Below are positions 27,391 to 36,182 of a stretch of DNA of 64,000 nucleotides, piece by piece. Below the pieces are notes generated by a model that saw only the letters and a list, made by a program, of their open reading frames with translations, made no database searches and was not told where the DNA came from. Within the stretch, counting starts at the first letter, position 1. Each line of letters starts with the position of its first letter. Where the stretch lies: NCBI GenBank assembly GCA_965209235.1, contig OZ242382.1, forward strand, positions 1,263,010 to 1,327,009. The letters run 5' to 3'. A program made the translations under genes and the position numbers. The stretch is from Gammaproteobacteria bacterium. GTDB taxonomy: Bacteria; Pseudomonadota; Gammaproteobacteria; G965209235.

Positions 27391-29154
27391 ATGCTGGCAC
27401 TTGTCTCAATTGTGACGCTAATTCGCGTGGCGTGCGATGTCTGGTGCGTAGATCCGCGTGGTGAGATTTCCTTCCCACCTGTTGAGGTGGTCGAGAATGT
27501 GGTTGAGGAGTCTCGGTGCGATCGCACGGGATGCCGGCTTGAAATGGCGTGGCGCGGCGCGGCAACGGCGATTGTTTGGAAGCGCCCGCTCCGTGTGTAC
27601 CGGGGTGATCACGTGCGCATCATGGTGCGTTGGTACTTCAGCCGCCACACCCAGCAATGGACAGGAATCGCTGGGGAAGCGACGCTGATTGATCGCCTGA
27701 TGCCCTGCGTTTCGCTGTGGCCGCGTTGTTGGCACGCGCGGTCGTCTCGGGCATTTGACCGGCATTGCGGAGACAGTGGCTGCGGGTTATGGCGGGCCAT
27801 GGCGTTAGGGGATGGCAGTCGCTTGCTTCCCGAGCAATGGACAGTGTTGAGAGACGGAGGGACGCTTCACGTGGCTGTCGTCTCGGGTCTCCATTTCGCA
27901 GCCGTAGCAGGTCTGTGGCTGTTTGTCATCCGGCGGCGCGTGCAGCAGTCGCTGGCCACCCAGGATTGGAGCCGGCTGATGGGACAGGTCATGCCAAGCA
28001 TTGGTCTTTGTCTGGGGTACTACGCGCTTGCGGGTGGCGGCATTTCGTCCATTCGCGCACTGTGCATGACCATGTTGGGGGCGTGGCTCTTGCTGATGAG
28101 GCGACGGTGGCATTGGTCTCGCTCATTGGCGGTCACGGTCTGCGTTGTCTTATCCATTGCGCCGCAAGCGATTGAGACGATGGGTTTTTGGTTGTCGTTT
28201 GCCGCGGTGGCAGCGATCCTGTCCATGAGCACTGGTCGAGAGACGTCTGATGAACCCACGAGTTGGACGACATGGGGCCATCTGTTGGTACGCGTTCAGT
28301 GGCGGGTGACGCTGGCCACGATCCCTGTCTTCGTTGGGTTTGGGCAGGGGATGGCTGTGGCCAGTCCGTTGGTGAACCTCATCGTGGTTCCTGGCACTGC
28401 GGTCGCGCTCTTGCCGGCTGCTGCTGGCATGTTGGCGCAGTCCCTCGTGCAGCACCCATGGGAATCGATGTCGTGGATTGCCGCAGCCCTCGAAAACGGT
28501 TTGTTTACGGTGTCAGCGGCAGCAGCTCGCGGACCGCAGCTTCCGCTGTGGGTCATGGCGCATCCAGCCGGTACAGCGTTGGCAGCTGTCTCGTGCACGT
28601 GGGCGCTATTTGGGAACGGGCGATGGCGATATGTGCCGTTGGCCGCGTTCGGTCTGTGTGTGATGGGCATGAGCGCCTCGTCGCTGCGCGCAGAGCGCTC
28701 CTGCACCATTGCGGGAGACTGCCGCACGTCGGTCCAGATGTTCTCTGGCGGTTATCGGGCGTACGCTACAGCGTTTGACCATTGGCAGCGAACGACTCAG
28801 TCATGCCGGATCTCGGTTGGTGATGACATCGCCATTGATATGGCGATGATGCCTGAATGGCCCGTAGTGGTTGATCAGGCTGTCACAGAAGAGGGACTGA
28901 AATGGATGCGGCGATGCGCGCGCTTTCACCCACTCGTGATCGCAGATCGAGACGCGGGCCCCAGTTATGCACTGCTGGCAGCCTTACGGCCCAAAACCGT
29001 TGTGCTAGCAGACCGTATTCGGTCTGCCGGTCGCGCCAGATTGGCGTGGTTTGAACGCACGGGAACCACGGTCAATCTCCCGCATTGGCCTCCGCAATGG
29101 CTTGTGCTTCGGTCTGATGAATTTGGGTCCGATCCGGTGTACGACGATGAATAG
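27391..29154 (+). CDS. comEC: ComEC/Rec2-family DNA internalisation channel protein; no metallo-beta-lactamase motif seen
   Basis: N-terminal OB-like region, then a competence-domain TM bundle with LHVAVVSGLHFAAV. Start uncertain (ORF opens at 27304). Confidence 0.7.
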   Translation: MLALVSIVTLIRVACDVWCVDPRGEISFPPVEVVENVVEESRCDRTGCRLEMAWRGAATAIVWKRPLRVYRGDHVRIMVRWYFSRHTQQWTGIAGEATLIDRLMPCVSLWPRCWHARSSRAFDRHCGDSGCGLWRAMALGDGSRLLPEQWTVLRDGGTLHVAVVSGLHFAAVAGLWLFVIRRRVQQSLATQDWSRLMGQVMPSIGLCLGYYALAGGGISSIRALCMTMLGAWLLLMRRRWHWSRSLAVTVCVVLSIAPQAIETMGFWLSFAAVAAILSMSTGRETSDEPTSWTTWGHLLVRVQWRVTLATIPVFVGFGQGMAVASPLVNLIVVPGTAVALLPAAAGMLAQSLVQHPWESMSWIAAALENGLFTVSAAAARGPQLPLWVMAHPAGTALAAVSCTWALFGNGRWRYVPLAAFGLCVMGMSASSLRAERSCTIAGDCRTSVQMFSGGYRAYATAFDHWQRTTQSCRISVGDDIAIDMAMMPEWPVVVDQAVTEEGLKWMRRCARFHPLVIADRDAGPSYALLAALRPKTVVLADRIRSAGRARLAWFERTGTTVNLPHWPPQWLVLRSDEFGSDPVYDDE

Positions 29155-29194
29155 GATCATAATCTCTCATCGGTCGTTATCCAGTGTCAGACTC

Positions 29195-29884
29195 ATGCTT
29201 GAACTCGTCGCCAGTACGGGTTGGATCGGCATCGTGCTGACGGTTATGTCGTTGCTAGCGACGGGCGTGGTGCTTGAGCGCTACTGGTTTTTGCGGAAAA
29301 GCATTGTTGCGCCTCCGCAATTGGGTAAGCAGGTGTTGGCTGAACTCAGTCGGCGCGAGTCGGTGCGTACCGACACCGCTGCGCGAATTTCCGTGCTCGG
29401 GATGCTGATCGATGCAGCGGTCAGAGCGCGGACAGCGGGCCCGGATGCGGCGACGCAGTTGGTGGAAGCGGCCGCGCGAATTGCGCTGCGAAAGTTGGAG
29501 ACGCGACTCGTGATTCTTCAGCTTATCGGTGCACTTGCTCCGATGCTCGGATTGCTCGGGACTGTCGTTGGCATGATCACAGTGTTCAACTCGTCTTTTT
29601 CTAGTGCGGGTGCCAACACGGACGCGCTCGCTCAAGGAATCGCCCAAGCGTTGGTCACCACCGTGTTTGGGCTGATCGTTGGCATGCCATCGCTGGCTTT
29701 TCATCGGCTGCTGCAGCGACGCATTGACGGGCTCATGACCGAGATGCAGCGCGACGTGACGGACTTTATGCATGAGCTCTTCTTGGTAGAGCGCGTGCAG
29801 CAATACCGGCGCGCGACGTCCGCTTCGCCAGCACCTGCCGGACGCACGGGCGCGCAGCCCGCTCCCAGGGCCCCGAGAGTCTAG
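29195..29884 (+). CDS. exbB: MotA/TolQ/ExbB-family proton channel protein
   Basis: Three TM segments and the LGLLGTVVGMI motif. Followed by an ExbD-like gene. Confidence 0.85.
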   Translation: MLELVASTGWIGIVLTVMSLLATGVVLERYWFLRKSIVAPPQLGKQVLAELSRRESVRTDTAARISVLGMLIDAAVRARTAGPDAATQLVEAAARIALRKLETRLVILQLIGALAPMLGLLGTVVGMITVFNSSFSSAGANTDALAQGIAQALVTTVFGLIVGMPSLAFHRLLQRRIDGLMTEMQRDVTDFMHELFLVERVQQYRRATSASPAPAGRTGAQPAPRAPRV

Positions 29885-29893
29885 GCACACGAC

Positions 29894-30319
29894 ATGCAGT
29901 TTCCGAGTGCCGGCACAACAGAGGAACGGATTGACTTAACGCCCCTCATTGACGTGGTCTTGTTGATTCTGATTTTTATCTTGGTCAGCGCCAAATTCAT
30001 TGAAACATCAAGTATCGATATCGCGTTGCCGGAAACAGGCGCGCCTGCTGATCGCAGCACCGACCGCGCCATGATTGTGGATATCGGCGCGGCAGGAACA
30101 TTGGCCATTAACGGCATCTTTGTGGAAGGGATCACCGACGGGGAGCAAACAGAGTCGCTCTCTGAGCTGTTTGAGCAAGAAAGCGCTGGTGACTTGAAGG
30201 CCATCATCTATATCCGCGCTGATGCTCGTGCGCCTCACGGATCGGTCGTGTTGGTGCTCGATACCGCGCAGCGTAATGGGTATTCGCGCGTGAGGTTTGC
30301 GGTGTCTCCTCGGCAGTAA
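29894..30319 (+). CDS. exbD: ExbD/TolR-family protein
   Basis: IDLTPLIDVVLLILIFILV is the conserved TM with Asp; the periplasmic domain has the expected length. Confidence 0.85.
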   Translation: MQFPSAGTTEERIDLTPLIDVVLLILIFILVSAKFIETSSIDIALPETGAPADRSTDRAMIVDIGAAGTLAINGIFVEGITDGEQTESLSELFEQESAGDLKAIIYIRADARAPHGSVVLVLDTAQRNGYSRVRFAVSPRQ

Positions 30320-30323
30320 CGAT

Positions 30324-33161
30324 ATGACGAAAACGGCAGGCCTTTGGTGGCGCTTTGGGAAGGACGCGAAATACAAGTACTTGTATTTATCGGGCATTAT
30401 TGTGGGTGCGCTGGTGACGGCGGCCGGCCAAGCGGGCTTGGTGGAGTGGATGCGGCGCATGTTGGCACAAGCCGACGTTCAGTCCGTTGACGGAACCATC
30501 GTGCCTTGGGATCTGTTGCTCGCTGTACCTGTCATTTTGTTGATCAACTCTCTGGGCGTTGGCTTGGGCGGTCTCTCGGTGCGGTACGGTGCCAACCATG
30601 CCGTGCAGGGCCTGCGCGTGCGGGCATTCGGCAGTTTGATGCGCCAGTCTCTGGAGTACATCCAGGCGCACGGTGAGTGGCATCTGGTGACGCGGCTCAC
30701 GCAAACGGCGCAGCGGGCGGGTGACGCAGCGGCCGGTGCTGTCGGCACGATGTTCAAAGACACCTTTGTGATCATCGCCATGATCGGGTACATCATCTAC
30801 ATCGCGCCCACGCAGATGTTCGTGGTGGCGCTGTGTGTGGTCGGTGCCGCGGTTGTGAACGCTTTGGCAGGGCGCATTTCCCGCAAGACTGCCACGCAAC
30901 TTCAGCAGGCGACGGGTGAACTCACGGGGTTGTCGGCTCAGTCGCTCGAAGGAGCGCCGATTGTCAAAGTCTTCCAAGGAGAGGCTCGGGAGCAGGAGCG
31001 TTTTCGTCAGGCCGGCATGGCGACGCGTCGATACAGCAATCGGCTTGGGATTGCGACTGTTCTGTCAGGGTTTCTGGTGGATGGTCTGGCTGGCGTGTTG
31101 CTTTTTGTGATCGCGTTATCGGTCTTTGGCGTGTTTGGAGGCAGTGCCATGCCGTCGGCGGATGTCGCGGCATTGATGTTTGCCATCGGCGCGTTGTTAC
31201 GTCCCGCCCGGGCGATGGCCAACTTGACGGTCATCCTTCACGCTGGAGCCGCCGCTTTGGATGAGTTGTATGGGTTGGTGGACTCAGAGCCGGAACAAGA
31301 AGATGGTGTGGGCCGGGATCTCGAGCGTCCGTTGAAGGGCGGCATTGAATTTCGAAATGTCACGTACACCTACCCCGCAGCCCAAGGGCGTGAGGCGAGC
31401 CAAGTGCTTCGCGGGTTGAACCTCAAAATCGAGCCGGGCGAGACCGTCGCGCTTGTGGGTGAGTCGGGTGGCGGAAAGTCGACGATCGCCAAGATTGCTG
31501 CCTGCCTGATTCAGCCTCAAACCGGACAAGTTCTTTTTGATGGCATGAATGCTGTCGGACTGGACTTGCGGTCATTGCGCAGTCAGGTGTCATATGTCTC
31601 ACAACGTGCCTTCATCTTTGACGACACGATTCGCGAAAACATTGCCTACGGCGCACAATCCACTGATGAAGCCATCTGGAATGCGGCAGAACGCGCGGCG
31701 ATTGCCGACTTCATCCGGTCATTGCCGCGAGGACTGGATACCCGCCTTGGCGGTGATCATCATTCGATGTCAGGCGGGCAGTTGCAACGTATTGCACTGG
31801 CTCGCGCGTTCTTCCGCGACGCGCCGATCCTCGTCTTGGATGAGGCCACATCGGCCCTTGATCAGGAAACCGAAATACACGTCCAGCGGGTGATTCAGGA
31901 CTTAAGTCGTGGTCGAACCGTCATTGCCATTGCGCACCGCCCCGAGACGGCCATTCGCGCCGACCGGGTTGTCTTGATCAAAGATGGGGATGTCGGAGCA
32001 GACGGCGACCACAACGAGCTTTTGCGCCACGATGCGATTTATCGGCGGACCATGACGGGAACCACCCACGCCCCGCAACCTGAGGCACCGGCGGTCCATC
32101 CTCTCGTTGAGGTGCAGAATCGGATGCCGTGGTTCATCCGTACCCCAATCACCTTGATGCGGTACGTCAGCATGCTGCTGGCGCCGTTTGATGGCTTAAT
32201 CGCGCAGTGGCAGATACGGCGCCATATGAGATCTCGGCGGACGATTACAGGAGAAGTGCCAGTGGTTGCCGTCGGAGGGGTCTTGAGAGATGGCAGCGGC
32301 TGCGAGGACTTCACGTCCTACATGATCGATCGACTGGCCGCGAGTGGCCAACGCGTGGGTGTTGCCATCAGGCAGGATGACGGGGTGAGCGGGGAAGCGC
32401 GCTTGATTCCCTCGGGGGCCACCGCGTTCTCTGCCGGCGGATGGGCGTCGCGCCTCGCGTCTGATCAACGGCTGACGGTGGCGACTGCGCGCACCGTCGA
32501 AGCCGCGTCTCGACTCCTTCTGATGCGCGGGGGAATCGACATTGTGATTGCGCATGATGCGCTTTCACGCTATGGCCTGCGGCGTGCCTTTGAGGTGGCG
32601 GTCGTCGATCTCGTTGAGTCCAAGCATCTCTCATTGGCATTGACACCAACTGGCTTATCCATGCTGGATTGGATTGCCGTACGTGGGTTTGGGGGACAGG
32701 TGGAGCCTGTGCGCGAGGATGTGCCTCAACTGGCCTTTTGGCATAGCTCGCCAGAGTTTCGCCATCTTCAGCAAAACGAAGTCATGTCACCCGTAGAATT
32801 CCGTGAAGCGCATGGATTGTGGGTTCATTTGGTGGCCCGGTCCGGCGAAGTGTGGCCCTTAACCCGCGCGTTGGAAGTGCTCGGATTTAAGGTCAAGGCG
32901 CATGTGCCCAATGCCCTTCAATGGGTTGATCCTGATGCACTCCGCCGTGGTGATGAGTTTCCGATTGTGGCATCGGCCTCGACGTCATCCATGATGCCGT
33001 CAGGCGCTGCTGAAATATGGGAGCTGTCAGATGAGGTGGCTACAGATGCAACGGGAGACCTGTTAGTGCGGCGAGTAATTGAAAAATTTGGGTTGGTGGA
33101 AAGACACATCGTGGACGCCATAGATGCCAAAGACGCTGATGATCAAGAGAAGGTGGCGTAA
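30324..33161 (+). CDS. msbA: Lipid A flippase MsbA (residues about 1-590) fused in frame to an LpxK-like domain with degenerate active-site motifs (about the last 345 residues)
   Basis: MsbA part: six TM segments, Walker A GESGGGKST, signature MSGGQLQRIA, Walker B ILVLDEATSALD, H-loop AIAHR. C-terminal part: VPVVAVGGVLRDGSGCEDF...GQRVGVAIRQDDG...IVIAHDALSRYGLRRAFEVAVVD aligns with E. coli LpxK VPVVVVGNLTAGGNGKTP...GIRVGVVSRGYGG...[23 protein letters not shown]. Confidence 0.85.
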   Translation: MTKTAGLWWRFGKDAKYKYLYLSGIIVGALVTAAGQAGLVEWMRRMLAQADVQSVDGTIVPWDLLLAVPVILLINSLGVGLGGLSVRYGANHAVQGLRVRAFGSLMRQSLEYIQAHGEWHLVTRLTQTAQRAGDAAAGAVGTMFKDTFVIIAMIGYIIYIAPTQMFVVALCVVGAAVVNALAGRISRKTATQLQQATGELTGLSAQSLEGAPIVKVFQGEAREQERFRQAGMATRRYSNRLGIATVLSGFLVDGLAGVLLFVIALSVFGVFGGSAMPSADVAALMFAIGALLRPARAMANLTVILHAGAAALDELYGLVDSEPEQEDGVGRDLERPLKGGIEFRNVTYTYPAAQGREASQVLRGLNLKIEPGETVALVGESGGGKSTIAKIAACLIQPQTGQVLFDGMNAVGLDLRSLRSQVSYVSQRAFIFDDTIRENIAYGAQSTDEAIWNAAERAAIADFIRSLPRGLDTRLGGDHHSMSGGQLQRIALARAFFRDAPILVLDEATSALDQETEIHVQRVIQDLSRGRTVIAIAHRPETAIRADRVVLIKDGDVGADGDHNELLRHDAIYRRTMTGTTHAPQPEAPAVHPLVEVQNRMPWFIRTPITLMRYVSMLLAPFDGLIAQWQIRRHMRSRRTITGEVPVVAVGGVLRDGSGCEDFTSYMIDRLAASGQRVGVAIRQDDGVSGEARLIPSGATAFSAGGWASRLASDQRLTVATARTVEAASRLLLMRGGIDIVIAHDALSRYGLRRAFEVAVVDLVESKHLSLALTPTGLSMLDWIAVRGFGGQVEPVREDVPQLAFWHSSPEFRHLQQNEVMSPVEFREAHGLWVHLVARSGEVWPLTRALEVLGFKVKAHVPNALQWVDPDALRRGDEFPIVASASTSSMMPSGAAEIWELSDEVATDATGDLLVRRVIEKFGLVERHIVDAIDAKDADDQEKVA
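30369..30388. repeat. Perfect 20-bp palindrome AAATACAAGTACTTGTATTT inside the first 25 codons of msbA
   Basis: Read directly and checked by reverse complement. It is AT-rich in a GC-rich context and encodes KYKYLY. Confidence 0.95.
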
Positions 33162-33361
33162 TGGATGATGTCATCGTGCAGATGCTTGCCTGCCCAAAAA
33201 CGCGTCAGCCATTGCGCAAAGATGGTGATTGGTTGATTTGCGATGCTGCGCAATTGAAGTACCCCATCGAAGATGGGTTACCGATCCTACTGCCGGACAG
33301 AGCAGTTGCGATTTCGTCTGACTCCAAGGAGGTGTCTGCAGACGACAGAACCACGTCGTGA
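33161..33361 (+). CDS. ycaR: Trm112/YcaR-family small protein
   Basis: LACPKTRQPL...LICDAAQLKYPIEDGLPILLPD matches the Trm112 family. The lpxK-ycaR-kdsB position is conserved. TAATG overlap. Confidence 0.85.
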   Translation: MDDVIVQMLACPKTRQPLRKDGDWLICDAAQLKYPIEDGLPILLPDRAVAISSDSKEVSADDRTTS

Positions 33362-34140
33362 CCGTCACGTCCTCTCCTTTTCGTGTGGTGATTCCAGCGC
33401 GGATTGGATCGACGCGTCTGCCGCGAAAAATGCTGGCAGACCTCTGTGGTGCTCCCGTGATTGCATGGACCGTCCAAGCCGCGCTGAACTCTCAAGCGGC
33501 TGAAGTGATTGTGGCGACGGATAGTCAACAGATAGCTGATGTGGTGGCCCCGTCCGGGGTGCAGGTGGTCATGACACCGGCCGACTTAGCCAGCGGTACC
33601 GATCGTGTGGCGCTGGCCATCACACTGCGTGAGATTCCGAATGAAGATCTGGTGGTGAGCGTTCAAGGAGATGAACCGTTTACGGAGTCAGACACCATTG
33701 CACGATGCGCGAATGCGGCATCATCACCTGATGTCGACATGGCCACCGTGTGCCGCGCTTTGGCAGTAGGAGACAGAGAGCGACATGATCCGGCTCACGT
33801 CAGGGTGGTGCGGAATCGAAGTGGCGCTGCGCTGTACTTTTCCCGAGCACCCATCGCCGATGCCGAGGTCGCCATCACAGGTGCATGTCCAGTGATGTCC
33901 CGCCATATTGGGATGTATGGCATGAGGGCCAAACGGTTTCATGACTTTGCGTCGTTGCCACCGTCCATGCTGGAATTGGCGGAGAAGCTGGAGCAATTGC
34001 GAGCGCTAGAAGCGGGGTGGCGCATGGCCTGTCCGCTGGTCTATCCCGCGCTTCCGATCTGTGCGATTGATACGCCTGCCGACCTATTAGACGCGAGCGA
34101 GATCGTCGCCCGGCACGGGCTCACAGCGCCGTCGTGGTAA
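33358..34140 (+). CDS. kdsB: 3-deoxy-manno-octulosonate cytidylyltransferase (CMP-Kdo synthetase)
   Basis: VVIPARIGSTRLPRKMLADLCGAPVI and VSVQGDEPF motifs. GTG start overlaps the ycaR stop. Confidence 0.9.
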   Translation: MTVTSSPFRVVIPARIGSTRLPRKMLADLCGAPVIAWTVQAALNSQAAEVIVATDSQQIADVVAPSGVQVVMTPADLASGTDRVALAITLREIPNEDLVVSVQGDEPFTESDTIARCANAASSPDVDMATVCRALAVGDRERHDPAHVRVVRNRSGAALYFSRAPIADAEVAITGACPVMSRHIGMYGMRAKRFHDFASLPPSMLELAEKLEQLRALEAGWRMACPLVYPALPICAIDTPADLLDASEIVARHGLTAPSW

Positions 34141-35228
34141 GCGCGCCCTGCATCGACACAAACGTCTCACTTCTCGCTGACAACGTACTCGGGCTACCGA
34201 CCCTCGCGGAGTTTTTGTGTCAGCCTCGTAATGAAGAAGAGGTTTTGGCCACGCTGGCATGGGCCCGGTCTCAAGGGGTGACGGTTCGAGTGCTGGGAAG
34301 TGGCACCAATATCGTGTGCGGCCCTGTCCTCTCGGGCCTCATCATCTCAACCAAGCGAATGCGTGCGCTGACGCAACACTCAAATGACCACGGCACTGCC
34401 TATGTCGCAGGCGCAGGCACATCATGGCAGTCCGTCTGTGATCTGGCGATCACAAGCGGGCATGGTGGTTTTGAATGCATGACCGGCATCCCTGGGACCG
34501 TGGGGGCTGCGTTGTATCAGAACATCGGTGCGTACGGTTCTGAGTTGTCTGATGTTTTGGTCTCTGTGCGGGTCATCGATCAGACCCACCCCGAACGTGG
34601 GGTGCAGGTGCACAGTGCCGCATGGGCCAACTTGTCGTATCGTTGGAGTCGGCTGCAAGACGAGCCCACCCGCTGGATCGTGACAGGGCTTCATCTCCAG
34701 TCCCGGTCTGACTACAATCCGAATTGGCGCTACGATCGTTTACGCACCGCTTTGGGTGCGTCGGCTCAGTCGCTGGAGCAACGCTGGCATGATGCGCCCA
34801 GTCACGAGACGCGAGCCCGTGTGCTGCGCGAGGTGCAGCACACCGTCGAGGGATTACGAGCAACGCGCCTGCCATCCCTTCAATCATCCGCGCATGTCGG
34901 TAGCTTCTTTAAGAACCCGGTGCTGAATGAAGAACAGATCGACGCCGTTCGGAAGCTGATCCCGGGAGTCGAACATTGGCAAGATGCGTCAGGCTCCTAC
35001 CGAATGAGAGCGGCAACAGTGATGGAGCATCTCTCGTTGCTCGGTGTCTCTGTTGGTCCCTGGTGTTTGAACCGCCAAAACCCTATGATCATCTGTGCCG
35101 ACAGACAAGCGCTGGCTTCGGCAGCTACACCGTATGCGGATCTGCAGTCGCTCGTGCGCGAAATCGTGACGACGTGGACAACGCGGGTCGGCATTGAACC
35201 ACGCGTTGAACCGACGTTATGGCCGTGA
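34134..35228 (+). CDS. murB: UDP-N-acetylenolpyruvoylglucosamine reductase
   Basis: FAD-binding PCMH region (VRVLGSGTNIV, GIPGTVGAALYQNIGAYG), MurB C-terminal domain (GSFFKNP), and the Pseudomonas-like kdsB-murB neighbourhood. Confidence 0.85.
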   Translation: MVSAPCIDTNVSLLADNVLGLPTLAEFLCQPRNEEEVLATLAWARSQGVTVRVLGSGTNIVCGPVLSGLIISTKRMRALTQHSNDHGTAYVAGAGTSWQSVCDLAITSGHGGFECMTGIPGTVGAALYQNIGAYGSELSDVLVSVRVIDQTHPERGVQVHSAAWANLSYRWSRLQDEPTRWIVTGLHLQSRSDYNPNWRYDRLRTALGASAQSLEQRWHDAPSHETRARVLREVQHTVEGLRATRLPSLQSSAHVGSFFKNPVLNEEQIDAVRKLIPGVEHWQDASGSYRMRAATVMEHLSLLGVSVGPWCLNRQNPMIICADRQALASAATPYADLQSLVREIVTTWTTRVGIEPRVEPTLWP

Positions 35229-36178
35229 TGACGAACCGACTTTTTCGGAAACTACGTGTCAGCCTGACGCGCACATGCAACTACGGATGCGCGTATTGCG
35301 CTCCCGATGGCCGACCGTTCATTGATCCAACGCCGCCGATGTCGATGCTGGACTGGCGCCGGGCTCTTGAGCTGTTGTACGCCAGTGGCCTTGAGACGGC
35401 GCGCATCACAGGAGGTGAACCATTGTTGTCGCCACAGGTGTACGACGTGATTGCCAGCGCCCGGGACATCGGATACCGAGATCTCGCGATCACGACAAAC
35501 GGCGAGCGCCTAGCGAAGTTCGCGCCGGCATTGCGCGACGCGGGCATTGAGCGCTGCAACGTCAGTCTGGATTCGTTACAAAAAGACGCGTTTCATCGCA
35601 TGACGCGCGGCGGCACGCTGCGCCGCGTACTGGCGGGCATTGAAGCCGCCGTGGCCGTGGGGTTTCGCGTGCGGATCAACATGGTGGTGATGAAGGGACT
35701 GAATGACAACGAGGTTGTCGATATGTTGACGTATGCCAGCGAGGTGGGAGCCGAGCTGCGTTATCTGGAACTGATGCGGTCAGGTGCGTCGTTTGAAAGT
35801 GACATGTGGACGCAGCATTTCGTGCCCATCCATGACATTCTCACGGCGATCGCAACGGTTTCCGAGGTAAAGGAAGAGCCGTATCTCGTGGGAGAGACGG
35901 CGCGTTGGTATGAGGCCAGTTCGTTGGGGCGATTTGGGGCGATCTGTAATACGAGCCTCCCTTTTTGCGAGGGGTGCGATCGGTTGCGGCTATCGTCGGA
36001 CGGCACATTGCGAGGGTGCCTGTCATCGTCAAGAACCTTCGACATGCGGCCATTGTTTTCGCTGCCTGTCTGCGATGCCAATGACGCGCTGTCGGATGTT
36101 CTTCATCGCGCACATCGCACTAAACGTACTCATCAATTTGAGGGGCAGCGTATTCCGCTGAGAGACATTGGCGGTTAG
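35219..36178 (+). CDS. moaA: GTP 3',8-cyclase MoaA (radical SAM)
   Basis: CNYGCAYC (CX3CX2C), a second cluster FCEGCDRLRLSSDGTLRGCL, and the C-terminal Gly-Gly tail (..DIGG). Confidence 0.85.
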   Translation: MAVMTNRLFRKLRVSLTRTCNYGCAYCAPDGRPFIDPTPPMSMLDWRRALELLYASGLETARITGGEPLLSPQVYDVIASARDIGYRDLAITTNGERLAKFAPALRDAGIERCNVSLDSLQKDAFHRMTRGGTLRRVLAGIEAAVAVGFRVRINMVVMKGLNDNEVVDMLTYASEVGAELRYLELMRSGASFESDMWTQHFVPIHDILTAIATVSEVKEEPYLVGETARWYEASSLGRFGAICNTSLPFCEGCDRLRLSSDGTLRGCLSSSRTFDMRPLFSLPVCDANDALSDVLHRAHRTKRTHQFEGQRIPLRDIGG

Positions 36179-36182
36179 ATCA

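Noticed and set aside
30324-33161. The msbA-lpxK fusion might be an assembly or frameshift artefact.
   Set aside because: This cannot be excluded without reads. However, the frame is continuous through a plausible linker, and the loss of the motifs is spread over the whole LpxK-like domain. A single indel at the junction would not explain that.
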